From: the human T2T-CHM13v2.0 reference genome, Homo sapiens
Length of the DNA: 64,000 nucleotides
NCBI RefSeq assembly: GCF_009914755.1
Contig: NC_060929.1
Reading direction: 5' to 3' (one strand)
Positions within the stretch are counted from its first letter, which is position 1. Each line of letters starts with the position of its first letter. The position numbers and the translations under genes were made by a program. Shown one piece after another: positions 21,951 to 36,690 of the stretch. The notes under the pieces are model-generated. The model made no database searches. It worked only from the letters and a program-made list of their open reading frames with translations, and was not told the origin of the DNA.

Positions 21951-22494
21951 CGTGCTGGAAGTCAGAAGTGGATTCCCATGGATTTCTGATGATGGACAGT
22001 CAAGTGGAAGGCTACCTAATCCATATGACTTGTTCAAGAATCAGTTCCTAGCACAGTAATATTTGCTCTATCAACATTTGTTAAAGGAATGGAGGAGGGG
22101 GTCAGTCTTTGGAGGATACAGAAAATTGGACTATAAGAGCCAAGAGGCTTCTTTATACTTTTTCCTGGGGCTGATAGAACTCAGTATATTGATTATTTGT
22201 GATCAAAATCTGTTTTCATTGTAAACTGCATTTGCCCTGCTACCCAGCCGGTACAGAACATCAGAACAATGAATAAGCTGTGTCCTGGGACTTCTCTGGC
22301 AACAAAATTGGCATTGTTTGTGCTGTAAGAACAGATAAATATATGTTCTTCCATATGAACATGAAATAAGGCAGCCTCAACCTCATCATCTGGACACCTT
22401 CAAAATAGTTAAGTTAGCTCTAGGTCTTCTTTCCATATTCTCGGTTGTAAAATGTACTTTTGCTAAAACTTGTTTCTTTCTAGAGTATGAGATA

Positions 22495-22650
22495 TTTATA
22501 TGTCTCATATAAATACATATATACATGTGTGTATATATAGAGAGTATATATGTGTGTGTATATATACACATATAGAGAGAGAGAGGGAGAAAGGGAGGGA
22601 GGGAGAGAGGATTAAATGGGGAGAAAAGAAAGGAGAAAGGAATCAAGGAA
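22495..22650. repeat. (TA)/(TG) repeat running into a GA/GGGA purine-rich tract
   Basis: Seen directly. Confidence 0.9.
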
Positions 22651-22734
22651 GACAGAGATTTGTCATAGCCTGAGAAGGGCATTATTTGTATTGGAATATT
22701 CCCAGATAACTTAAATTGTGGGGATAATCTTCAC

Positions 22735-23090
22735 TAGAGACTACAATTTCAAACTGCCCAGGGACAGAGCAGGGAGAATTCACAGGCCCTGTGAGCCAAG
22801 AGAGAATGCAGGAAACCATAGAACGCTTCAGTCCTGCAAAGGGGCCAGTCACTCCTCAATTCCTGTCAATTGCAAAATAGGTTGTAGAGATCCAGTGTTA
22901 GGATCTAAGTTTTAAATAAGAAACCAGATATCTAGAGATTCATATGAAATATCCTGCTTTCTGAAAGCTGGCCACTAATTTGTTTTCAAAACTGCATCAA
23001 TTTCTGTGCAGTTCACAGAGTCAACATCACTCTTGGCAAAGGAGGGCGCTAAGCCTTGAGCAGCCAGCTTACAACTTCTGATCTAGGTGT
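22735..23090 (+). mobile_element. MER103-like hAT relic
   Basis: aagaaaccagatatctagagattcatatgaaatatcctgctttctgaaagctggcc...gccagcttacaacttctg resembles the recalled MER103C. Confidence 0.55.
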
Positions 23091-23760
23091 GACCCCTCTT
23101 TTTCTACTCCCCATTACATACAAGAAATAGAATGGGGAAATGGCTCAAAGGTAGCCACAAAATGATCTGGCCTGTTTAGTCATAGAACTTACTGGACTTC
23201 TATTTCCTTATTTCCTTTAAAAACAAACAGTAGATCAAGTTCTTGTTAAAGTTTGGTGAAAGAGTGCAGCGAGAGAATCTGAAACAAGACCTGATTCTGT
23301 GTCCCTTACTTTGCAAGAGAGATCATCTCCAAATTTCAAATAGGTGAGGATGGGATGCAACTCCCTGTCCGGTCCCAGCTGTGTCATTGATCATCCGCCA
23401 CTAGTCTTGTGGCACACACAGTTGAATTGCTTTTCCCTGAGGGAAGCAATGCCTCCAGGTGTGCTAATAATAAAATTAATAGCTTAGAGAAACAGCTTGC
23501 TACAGCAACAGCGGCAGGAGAAAGGGGGGATCGATTTCAGTGTTTAACTGTCCTAATTCCACAGTGTATACCCCACCTCAGCCCCTGGTGAGCCGTGCTT
23601 GGTCTCATGGTTAATCAATAGATGCCTGATTTAAAACAAAGAGCCAGTTTCAAGATTAGAAGTCTTCGTGAATAAAAAGATGTATGGTAAAACTGTCAAA
23701 ACCCTTCCATTCCCAACTTAACACTTCAACTCCAAGGGCAGTCACTAGCTGATATGAAGT

Positions 23761-23783
23761 AAAAAAAAAAAAAAAAAAAAAAA
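23761..23783 (+). repeat. Orphan A23 homopolymer
   Basis: 23 As with no adjacent Alu or L1 body. Confidence 0.95.
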
Positions 23784-24243
23784 GAAATCACATGCATTGT
23801 ATTGTATCCCCCTCTGCCTATAAACAAAAGAGGAAAACTAAAACTATCTGGGCGCTGCTACTGCTGATGGCATCACATAAATAAGAATTTATTGAGTTGC
23901 TCTGTGTTTAAAGGACTGTGAACATAAAGATGTGTGAGTACTTTCAGTAGCACAGAGAATAATATGTTTCTGCTCTAACCAGCCTGCTATCTGGTGGTTC
24001 AATTTATACCTTCTTGTAACTGGCATTCTCATCTTTTTCCTGGAGAGAAGGATCAAATTTGCGGTCAACTTCTTGGCCATCGTTTGCATTACCAGGATCC
24101 ACTGAGTCTTCCTGGCCCGGCACCTTCAGAGGCTTTTTAATTCCACATTTCTCATTCTCCTCTCATTCACCAAACCTGCCTTCCATCTAATCTACACAGT
24201 TCTCTCTCCCGTTTTCAGGACTGCAGCTGCAGTGAATGCTTAC

Positions 24244-24445
24244 CTTCTCCGTATAATCTTTCTCCACATCTGCTGTTACTCTTACTGGCCTGTCTGAATC
24301 TTTCCAGCAGTATCCTTCCCTTCGCCTCACATTTTCTCCCCTTTTTGAAATAAGCTCATCGGGAGGTAGGAAGGCATTTCTCATATCGTTTTGACATGTT
24401 CCCCAACAAGCTTTCAAATAAGTCCTTAGGTCATAATTCGAGCTC
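24244..24445 (-). other. Candidate spliced exon (202 nt) of an unidentified minus-strand transcript
   Basis: Acceptor aatttcagtctcttctttctag|GAG and donor AAG|gtaagc on the minus strand. The body is purine-rich and one reading frame is open throughout. No recognisable protein. Confidence 0.35.
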
Positions 24446-27199
24446 CTAGAAAGAAGAGACTGAAATTTTTTTCTCACATATTTAGTATTTTAAATGCTGA
24501 TGGAACATTTTGTTGTGTTTTTTCTTAGGCAGCCCTAAAAATAACCTCATCCCTACTTTGTCTATGGTGTCTTAATTATAATTAAGTTAAGGCATAAGTT
24601 TCTTTTCTTTGTCCCAACACTGAGTAGAAAGGGGGTACAAACTCCTGGCCTGGTAAGAGCTGGAACTTAGGGATACTTCTTTGCCAGGCTGGTTTACATC
24701 AAGTCCCATTTTCCACACCACCCACTGCTTCGGATGAGGATGAGCCAGCAAAAGACAATGATTGAATGTCCTCGCTGATTCAAAGAAAGTAAGACAGAAA
24801 TACCTTTCTATCCCCCTTTGTGTGTGTGTGTGTGTGAATTCTCCAAAGACAAAGCATTTAATTTGAAACTAAAACTGGCATTAAGTTTGGTTGTTGGTTT
24901 TTCTTTCATATTTATTGTTTACAGTAGATTCCCTCCAAGGGCCCTCTTCAACTCATTTTCCCAGCATGAGGGACCACTCCATACCAGTTCAGTTTGACCA
25001 AAGTCCTTTGCTTTTCACTTAGCTCTTATTTGTGTCATCATTTTACTGCATGACATTCTACTTCGTTTGTGGTCTCTCTGTCTCTCTGCTTGCCCCCTCT
25101 CCCCTTCCATCTATGCACAGAAGTCCAAGAGCAATGGTGGGAAACTTTTCTGGGGTTTTCTGAGAAAAGTGTTTTCTAAACTTGGAAAAGAAGTGGGAGT
25201 GAGGAAGCACTACATAGAAGTGAGGTCTAAGGATAACTCTGTCACCAATGTATAGCATGTTATGCAGAAGATTTGAACCTCCCTTTTTGTTAAACATATT
25301 TAATTAAAAGTCAGCATCTCCAGTGATACCAAGCGATGAGAACCGTGGCATGAGAATGTGTGTGTGAGGCAATCCAAGTGTGGCAGCGGCTACTTCAGTA
25401 GCCCAACTTTCACAGATTTTCCATTAGGTACTTTCTGCCATAGGGTATGCATTTCCTTTTCAGAATCCAAAGATTTGTAACATTAAAGAATATCTCATTT
25501 GTTTGATTACAGAACCCATTGGCAAGCTGAATCAATTTCATTTAACACTGTAAGTTCCCAGAAAAGTAAGAAAGGCATTGAGTTCCAAGAACCATGAATA
25601 TTATATCCCAAAGGAATCATGAATCAAATGAGAAATTCCAGGGAAAGAGGAAAGAGTGAGGAGAAAGAACTCAGAATATTGTACTCAGCATGCTGTTAAC
25701 CTGCCTGCCAACTTCATGTCTTCTCTGCCAGTGGTTTTCAAAGTCTTTCGAATATTTTTTTCTTCTCTTACAATAGAAGCCAAAGTGAAATCAGGATTTA
25801 CCTACCAAAAGTATTGACTTTCTAGCCAGATTTGTTAGAAAGTAGCTATTGCTTAAGGTGAGAAATACTTCTACGTAGCCGACAAAGTTAATGGGACCTG
25901 AATTTTGTTCCCAATAACATAATATTCAAGTAAAGGCAAAACTGTTATTGTATGCCAAGCATTTGATTGGAATTATATTGCCTTTTAAAGAAGTAATGCT
26001 AGGTAAATGGGAAAGAAAAGGAAAAGTCCAACTTTAATGACCTTCATTTTACATGCTGAAAATGAATGGTAATAACCAGAAAATAGAGAAGTTCCAGTGA
26101 GTTAGGATTCATAAATATTAAATGTAATGGAGGAAAATCACAGATCTTCAAGAAATTAACTTGAACAAATGGTGATTTTAGTTACGATGTTGTCATTTTG
26201 AGTAATGGTCATTAGCACAGTGGATTGTAATGGGTACGAGCTCACTGGATAGAAAGAATGCCTTCTGATTAACTCAGGATTTTTTTCTGATGCTTCAGCC
26301 AGTTGACAACTGTACTGTATCTCTCTTCATTTTGAGCTTGTGATTGGCTCCAGAGGCTCTTTGTTTAGAGATGTGTGTGCTCTGTTTTCATGATTAAGCT
26401 TTTTTATGATTAGTCTCCATTTTCTTTTTTGTTTTAACTTTTACTATGAATAATACACAGTGTCTTGGAGAACTGATTGGCTGACTGATATAATTGAGTT
26501 CAGATGCAGTTTCCTTTCTCTCTCCACTGTTTTTAGTCCCTGCTCCATTCTGGGCTGTTTGTGACTGCCTGGAGACCCTGCTTTCAGAGCTACTGTGTAG
26601 TATTTTTCTTATAGTGACTGGTGTCTTGTATAACTTGAATATAATTGACTTTAGGGAAGGTAGTTGTTGGAAGCACCAAGAGGTGCCCCCTTGTCTCATG
26701 CAGAGCCCATTCCCTCTCCCACACCCTAACAGTCACTCCTGAAGACAGCAGTTCAAGACACAGATTTTACTGACTTTTCATGGGAAGAAAACACAGCAAA
26801 CTCTCTGAACAATTCTCTTAAAAATTTCTTGGATTCTATAAATTTCCTCTCTCTATGCAGCACTTGGAGTCTTCTTAGATTCTTTCAAGTTTCTTTAGGT
26901 TCTTCCTCTGCATCTTTCTCCAGCATCTCCTGCTGCATCTCCCGGTCTCTTCCCTGCATTTAACTCAAATCTGCCCTTCCTTTTCCTCTGTCAGCCTACT
27001 GCCCCTCTCCAGACACACCCCGCTTGCATTCCCACCCCATCACCTTGCTCAGCAAAGAATCTACCTTCTTCAGGATTCATTCTTCTTCTCAGGGCAAGTG
27101 AAGGAATTTAAATGACTAATAATGGTTTATTTTACTTCTCTCTCCATGAAAATTAACCTTGCATTTGTGTTTAGGTATTCTGTCGGAGAAAGCCATATC

Positions 27200-28230
27200 T
27201 CTTCTTCATTTGCTGGTTTCCTTTGGATAATCATGTCCACAGTTGAATAGATTCTCCTGCTCCCCCTCAAAACTCTACCTCTTGATAGGTGTCTTCCAGC
27301 TAATGACTCCATCATCCTCCCAGTCACACAGGTGTGGCTCCTGGGAGTACAAAATCCTGAGATCCATTACCCCAAATCAGGACATCTCTAAACTATAACG
27401 TGCACTCTGAGTCACACGGGAGGATGATGTTGAAGTGGATCTCTGTGGCCTGTGTCTGAGATCCATCCTTCCCTTGGCTTGCTCCCATTCCCTCTTCCCT
27501 GTGTCCTTGCAGATCTATGCTGGGAGAGCACCTTAGCAAATGACCTACACATGAATCCTCCTCTCAGGTTCTGATTCCAGAGAACTTGAACTAAGACAAA
27601 TCCTACATGGTAAGTAATATTATCCACATTTTACGGATGAGGGAATTGAGGTAGAGTGATGATAGATAATTTGCCAAATACCATACACATCTTACCTATA
27701 AAGGGAGAAATTGGAACTTTAATCTGCACAATCCAATGCAGAACACATATTCTTGCTACCCTACAATATTGCCTCCCAATTATACTTGAATAATCTTCCA
27801 GAGCACAGTCTGGATCATCTCATTTCTCTACTTGAAATCTTCAGGGGCTCTCTGTTCCCTGCATTTCTGATCTTGTCATTTTTCAAGGCCCTTACGATCA
27901 ATGGCAGATGCAACTTCCTAGTCTCCATTCCCACTGCATCACTTCTGTTACACTTTATGGCCAGGCACATGGGAATACTCAGTGTTTTTCCAATAGAGGT
28001 CCTGCTGGTCAAAATCTATGCCTCTTTCTCTCCGACCACATACTCTCTCTGGAATCCCCTTCCTTCTTTCTATCCTCTGTGGTATTTCCAGAACTGACCC
28101 CATGCTCCCCTTTGACAGTAGAGCTTAACTATCATCACTTTCATGAAGCATGCCCTCCTGTCCCCAGACTGAAGCAAAGGTTTTCTTCCTCGAACTGTAG
28201 TAGAAATTGATAACTTTCTTTCATAACAAC
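27200..28230. mobile_element. Nested old repeats: L2 fragments interrupted by an LTR16-like ERVL LTR piece (~27410-27598) and a MIR (~27600-27770)
   Basis: L2-like ccatcatcctcccagtcacacagg and agtctggatcatctcatttctctacttgaaatcttcaggggctc. LTR16-like end gaatcctcctctcaggttctgattccagagaacttgaactaagaca. MIR core cattttacggatgagggaattgagg. Confidence 0.6.
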
Positions 28231-29715
28231 TGGAGCAGGAAGGAGGCAAAGTCCTCTACATTTTAAGAAGGTGAACAATAGAGGCTCTACTTAAAAAAAT
28301 GTTAGCGACCATTTCTTTTCATGGAGCTCTCTTTGGTTTAAAACATAACAAGCTATGATGATAGGACTGTAGCAAAATGTTATTGGTGCTTATCTTAGTT
28401 TTTATAATTATGAATCTATTTTCAAATTTTTTTTATTTTTATATATTCTAAAATGTATCAAATAAAAAGTTGCCTCTATTGAATAGATGAAAACAGTAAA
28501 TCTTGCATACCGAAAAAAAAGGAAGACAAAAGAGAGATGAAGAAAAAACAGAGAGAAAGAAGAGGAAAATAGCAGGATGAAAACGGAGGGAAGGATAGAA
28601 ACAAGAGGAGAGAGAAAATTTGGATGCATTATAATGCAATGAGTTATAAAGTCCAGGAAAAAAGAATCTGCCATTCTTAAATAATAATGGGAGAGGTTCA
28701 TATCTGCACTGGAAGGAGAGACTGAAGAACATACAGATTTTGCATCCCAGTGTCTTTGTTGTGGCCATTACATTCTCTGTAAGTATTTGCTGCTGTTAGA
28801 GATTATTACAAGGCCTTAGAAGGAAAAAAAAAAAGGTGATTGACTGGAAATGAAAGAAATAAGGGGTAATGGCCTGAAACTAAGGGTTAGGGGGAGAAGA
28901 GGGTGGAATAAATTAGATAACAGAAAATAAAATTAATAATAAGGTCAATTAGACAACAGCATAATTTCCCAAAGAAAGTAATTGAGGCAATAGCATCCAA
29001 GCTGTTTGGAATGAGAAGAGATAAATCAGTGAGAAGATTAATGTGGACAAACCACAGTGGAGCAAGAAGGACCAGAGGTGAGAAAATCTGTTAGGCTCTC
29101 CAGATAAAAATGCATATACAGATTTCCTGGAGCAGGTACGAGAAAATTCTTGCCCCTCACTGCAGGGAGTAGAAATGCATTGAAATCCTTAGCGGAATCC
29201 TGCTTAGGATTGCCAAAATTAACTCTAGAATTCAGAGGGACAACATTTCCAGCGTCAGGCACCATATGCTTCAGTGGTCGAATTCACTGTGATGCCAGGG
29301 GCAGGGAAATCTTATGACCTTCTTGGAGGACTTTATGTCAGAGAGAAGGGAACAGTCACTCAGGGAGAACTGTGTGTCCTGCAGATTAGAGTCCTATTTG
29401 ACAAAAGCTTTCTTCAAAAGCTCAAGAATTGTTCCAAGCTGGGCCTGTAAAGTGACCATTTTTGCCATGGGCATGTAAACCCAGAAAATTGTATTCTTAA
29501 TGACAGACCTCATACATATGTTACAAATAAACCACCGGAGATTGCCCATCAAAGAGACTGGGTTAACTGAAAGCTTATTTTGACTTTGCCACTAATTACT
29601 TGTTGGCCTTTGACTCATATCTTGAGCTCCAGTCTTCTCATCAAGAAATAGAAACAGTAATATATGTGCCCCACTGGTTTAGTGTGATCATTAAAGGATA
29701 ACAGAAAACACCTCA

Positions 29716-30114
<399 letters not shown>

Positions 30115-30270
30115 CTAACTTCTATGTCCACGTGAAAGACAAATGTTGGTCTTCCAATGACATATCAGATTTACCTGTATATATACTCTTCATTTGAAAT
30201 ATTGAACTGCAAGGTGTTAGGATGAGAAATAATTAGTTCATCTTTCCTCTCAACCTCTTATCTAAGATGC

Positions 30271-30804
30271 CATATTAGTTTTCTACTGCTGCTTAACAAA
30301 ATTACCCCAAATTTGCTAACAGACAACAACGTCTACTGATGATATCAGGGTCCATGGTTCAAAAGTTTGGGCACAGTGTAGCTTAGCAGGGTTCTTTCTC
30401 TCTTTTGAGTCTCCCAAGACTGAAATCAAGGTATCAGCAAGCCTGCATCTCTTTCTGGAGCTCTGGGAAAGGATCTACTTCCAAACTCATCCAAGTGGCT
30501 GGTGGAATTTAGTTCCTTGTGGTTGTAGGACTTAAGTTTCTATTTCCTTGACACAAAGGCATATCAAATTCTTCTCGTTCTTGCAATTACTTTTTATACT
30601 GCTCTCAGCTAAGAGAAAGTTCTGCTTTTAAGGGCTCATGTGATCCCATTGGGCCTACCTGGGAAACGCAGGATAATCTCCCAATTTCACGGTCAAATGA
30701 TTAGTCATCTTAATGACAGCTGCAAAGTTCCTTTTGCTGTGGAACATATTCATTGACATGACATCGGGGCCAAAGGTCGCAGAAAACAAATCTTGCTTAC
30801 CACA
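30271..30804 (-). mobile_element. MLT1D/E-like MaLR solo LTR
   Basis: tattagttttctactgctgcttaacaaaattacc...ttctgcttttaagggctcatgtgat...ggataatctccc...cttaccaca. The 5-bp TSD-like flanks are gatgc/gatcc. Confidence 0.85.
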
Positions 30805-31909
30805 GATCCTTATCCAGATATCCAACTGCGCCATCTGGATTTGTCTCCTCCAACTTTATCCTGTTCAAAACTGAACTCATCATCATTCCTGAGGCCTCCA
30901 AAAATGTTTCTGCTTTTGTTTTCTCTTTCATTTGTTTCTCTTCTGTTTCTTTGTATCATGATACCTATGACACTGTGTTTTATTATTTCTCTCCCTGCCT
31001 TCCTCACCAGAAAAGCTCTCATGAGGGGAGGAACAGTGAGCTATTAGTTTTTTTGTCCCCAAGGCTTGTTGTAGTTCCCAATCCAATGCTAGAGAAGTCA
31101 ATGTTCTAATCTGTGCTAGAAAGAATTGGGTATGTTCCATATCCCATGAAAGATACCTCAGGCAGGACATATATCATGGAGCAAACACCTGTATTAGACT
31201 GTTAGTTTCACGCTTTGCCCATTGAGCAATCTCACATAAACCACTTACTTTATATAGGCCACAGCTTTTTCTTCTGTAAAATGAGCTGTTAAAATAAGTA
31301 GATGCTTCCTAATATTTTCACTATAAAATATATTTTATTTTTAACTCCTACTGGACCCAGGTTTGGATATATTTTTAAATATATTTAAAACCAAATTGTA
31401 TTTATTCAGTAGTAAATAAATGTCTCCCATGTTTATCTGTCAAGATCGTGTGTTATTTCAAAGCATACATAATCAAAACACTTGATTAGCAGTGACTTCA
31501 ACTAATGTTACTATGACTTGAGATAATAATTGCCATATCAAATAAATAAATAGGCAAACAGACAAATGAAGAAGTATTTCCAAGGAAGATGTAAACACGT
31601 AAGGAAGAGCACTACCATCATAAAGATTTAAAATAAGACAATTTCTACTAGAAAAAGAAAACCAATTTACTTCAGTACATCGGTAATTAGATTTTAATAT
31701 TAAAAAAAAAACCCAAGGAAATGGTTTTTGAGATTCCCCTGGAGCCCTGCAGTAGCTGACTGTGAACCGTGAGTTTGAGTGATTTCCAAGTTTATTCCAG
31801 TTCTAAAATTCAGATTCTTAAATTTCAGTCTGCATTCCATCATCTCTTGGTGAGAAATTGGCAGACTTCCCCATGGACTGGGAACCTTTGCCTTGAAACA
31901 CGTGATGGT

Positions 31910-32222
31910 GCGAGGTCTAAATTCAGATGCCTGTAAGGAGGCCATACACACATGAACGGGACACGCCCCAAGCCCAAAGTGGGAAAGAGAACGCATGAGT
32001 ATAGTCACTGAGTTCCGGCCAATTGTTGCCTTCAGGGAATATAGGCCTGGTGAGATCAGATGTTCTGATTTTAAAGCAAGTTGGAAATCTGGGTTTTATT
32101 TATGTTACAAAATACTCCTTTAAAAATATTGGCAAGGAATTCATTTTTTTAAAATGCTGTGTGGACCATATGAAACACATCTGCAAGCCAAATTAGGTTC
32201 ACAAATCATCACTTTGCAGCCA
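31910..32222 (+). mobile_element. MER103-like hAT relic
   Basis: ggaaatctgggttttatttatg...aaaatgctgtgtggaccatatgaaacacatctgcaagccaaattagg. Confidence 0.6.
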
Positions 32223-32418
32223 GACACGGAGTTAGAAGTTAGTACTACACAGGGGCTAGCAATTGTTTAGAGTCCTCTCTGTTCCAGGCACTCTCCTCCA
32301 ATATCAGCCACATGACTTCCTCGTGCCTTAGTTTCCTTACAATAAAATGAGACAGCGTGCATGAGAGGGCTTTCTAAAATGTAAAGGGCTGCACTGTTTA
32401 CTACTGAGGGTATATTCT

Positions 32419-32765
<347 letters not shown>

Positions 32766-33759
32766 TGACATCCTTTTGTAATGTGTAATCAACTTACGTG
32801 AGAGATGTGAATTCTAGGAAAGATGTGTACGTGTTGAGGGTCAGAAAGAGAGAGAGATGATTTGGTGTGTACATTCTTAGTTACTCCTTGCCAGGCATTT
32901 CATGTTGTCTCTGATATTCATGAAAAGAAACATTTATTCCTTGCAAAGATATGGTTGTCTAAGATAAACCTACATACTTTAATGTCTATTTTAATCATTT
33001 TAAGCTAATACTAAATGACTCACCCTTTAGAAGCATAGAGTGAAAGGCTCTGAGGTTCCACATCCTAAGGAGAAAGCAATTGAATGGCCTCACAAATTTA
33101 AACTGCTAACTTAGAAGTGAGAAGTGCTATAAAATAAATAAGTCAGCATACAACAAAACGAACACTAGAACCACCATGGACATAATTAATATTTTCTTAA
33201 AGCATAGAGAATGCAGATATTATCTTAGTATTTAGATTGTAAGTCAGTTTATTTTGATATATTGTCCTGAGTTGGAGGGTTGTCTTCTGAGGTTTTCATT
33301 TAAGAAGAAGATGTAAAGTGACACAGATTTTGCTTAGCCTTAATAAACGGAACATCTTCTTAAGACGATGTCATTTAAGCTAAATTGATGGAGATCTTTT
33401 TGTTTTACTGTGCTTGGATTTGACTGTGTCTTGAGAGATCTTTCAGCCTATATGTATTATTCCCAATGTCTAAAATGACATCAGACCATGCCAACAATTA
33501 ATGGAACATACTTCCTCTCTTGGAAGCCATTCCACTTGCTTTTTTGTTCTATTCGAGTTGTTGGTCAGAATGAGAACATAGTTACTCAGTGGAGATTTCT
33601 TTCAGCCTTGGATAGGAGGAAAGAGTGGGAATATAGCTTCTAACTTTCTATAGCTGTCAAGTGGGAGAATCAGGAAGCTATCTTCCTTCATCTCAACTGT
33701 CTTTGTAACTACACGTATTTCTTTCTTGGTTAGTGGTATAAGTCACACCATGTTGGCAT

Positions 33760-34214
<455 letters not shown>

Positions 34215-34589
34215 AAATTTTTAGTAATATTGTTGTTCCTCAACTTATATTGACTGCTTAAGGTTCCCAATTTAAGGCAACTAGTAATTTATTTTAGACT
34301 ATTTTCTGCTCTTTGTAAAATCACTTTTTCTTTCCTCATGATTCCCCATTTTTTCCCCCACATCATTCCCCCAATTCTGTTGAAGGGCCAGAGTTTGAAA
34401 TCCCACATTCCTCAGGGTTCAGGGAAAATCCTGACTGCTACAGAGAAAAATTATTTTAAAAAGCAAGGTTGCGTTTTCTGAGAAATGCCTGATACTTACA
34501 AGGCTCAGTGAATATATGCTTCTCTTCCCTTATTCAACTATATCAACCCTCAGTGGCCACTGAATTAACATGGCATTTAGTCATATACA

Positions 34590-34950
34590 ATTAACTTTTT
34601 CCTTGGTGTCTTGTTGCCTTGTATATTGTAAACTTCTAGATGAAGGAAACCATGCCCTGGTGTCTTAAATTCCATCCTGTGAACAGTACAGTGCTATAAA
34701 CAGGATAGATTCAAATAGAATTCAGGGCTAATTTTATGTAGCACATTGCATGGATTATTTCATTTAACCCACAGGATAACTTCATAAAGTAGGTATCATT
34801 GTTACTGTTATTCCTGTTTCACACATTAGGAAACCAAGGTGTAAAGAGGTAACTTATCTAAGACCACTTAGCTGATAGTGCTTGATACAAGACTGGAACA
34901 GAAACAGTCCACACCAGAGCACATTTCTTACCACCTTACTGTGCTTCTTT
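34590..34950. mobile_element. L2 tail fragment followed by a MIR (minus)
   Basis: attgtaaacttctagatgaaggaaaccatg (L2-like). tcatttaacccacaggataacttcataaagtaggt...ggaaaccaaggtgtaaagaggtaacttatctaagaccac (MIR-like). Confidence 0.65.
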
Positions 34951-35114
34951 CCCATAATGAAGTGAATGAATGCATGCGTGAAGAAAGCAATCATATTCTG
35001 CAAAGCAGTCCTAAATATTAGACAATTTGTCCTACCTAAAAAGAAATTAATTTCCCTTTGCCTAAATTAATACTCATTCTTGAACTGCCAAATCTGTTTG
35101 CACTTTTCACTGCA

Positions 35115-35425
<311 letters not shown>

Positions 35426-36509
35426 TTCATTGCATTTTTAAATGCCTTCCTCTACATGCATTTTCTATGAAGTTTAAGCATACAGTTCACACTTCAATTC
35501 TGCAGCAGTAGATTAAATAAACACCATGAACAAAGTTTGTGCTGGGTACTTTGGGGGAAAAGATATAAATGAGAATGTATTATCTCCCCTTCAGGAGTTT
35601 ACTATCTAGTAATCCCAGAAGGGTAAATAATGACAAAACAGAGTAGACTGTGGGAAGTGATGGACGCACAAATATCTCTTGACAAGTTTGTGAAAGGGAG
35701 GGACTCAGGGGAGGCTCCAACAAGGTCTTTTGAGCTTGGAAAAACTTTAAGATCTCACTTTTAGTCTTTCTTTTGGTATTATTTCTTGTCACCTGATTTA
35801 TTCTTCAAAAACAGTATCTTTCTCACCATTCTGCTTTTATTAAACCAATTTCTTAGGCCTTTCTACAGAATCACAGTGACTATCGTGGCTAACTTGAAAC
35901 TGCCGTCAACCTGCTAAGGTTTTATACACATTAAAAAACTACACTGTTTCAACCAATCAGATAAAATATATGTGATAGTTTGTAAATTCTACATTGAACT
36001 AACTCTGAGGATAAGATGCTACAGAAACACTTTTATACTACTTGATAAAATTAGATGATTTGATCCTCAACTATCATTGAGATATCTATGTGGACTCAGA
36101 AAAAATCATTTATAATACATTTAGGCATAACAGATGCAGTAGCCTATAACATAATATGGGTTTCCTTAGAAATATATTTATCATTTGCAATGCTAAGTTG
36201 AAGTGTACTTGGCTCAGGAATGAGTTTTCCTCTCATTCTCACCAGTATGATAACCTGGCAAGCACCAGTGATAAGATAATAAATTACCCCATATCCTGAA
36301 GACTATAGTCTCAGAGGGCAGTGGGTGTTCCCCTATATTTAGTAGCTTGCAAAAAATGATTTAGAATTGGTAGCCCCAGGCATTGACTGACTGATCATGG
36401 TAACAATAGGTTTATAGATTTTTTTTTCTCTTAGTAGTAATAATGACAGATAAAATTAAATTGATTATATACTATTATATTATATGTAATGTCATATATA
36501 ATGTATTGA

Positions 36510-36690
36510 CAGATTGCACACTTATTTGCCATCAGTTTGCTAAGAACTTTACATCTTTTATCTTAATTTCCCCATAACCCTATAAGATGAATTATATTAT
36601 TTGTCTCATTTTACAGATGATAAAACTGAGGGTATAGAAGTTACATCTCTAAAGCCCAAGTCCTTGACCTCTAAATTAATACTGCTTCCA
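36510..36690 (-). mobile_element. MIR
   Basis: aaccctataagatgaattatattatttgtctcattttacagatgataaaactgagg. Confidence 0.75.

Noticed and set aside
23610-23622. 13-mer gttaatcaataga also present at 42732-42744
   Set aside because: Many 13-mer matches are expected between random positions in 64 kb, and there is no extended homology.
26850-26960. Minus-strand acidic peptide-like stretch (MQGRDREMQQEMLEKDAEEEPKET)
   Set aside because: It is short, stop-terminated and has no splice context. Purine-rich low complexity explains it.
28408-28768. Hydrophobic Phe/Leu-rich ORFs resembling membrane proteins (also 14111-14296 and 30793-31047)
   Set aside because: These result from pyrimidine-rich or low-complexity composition.
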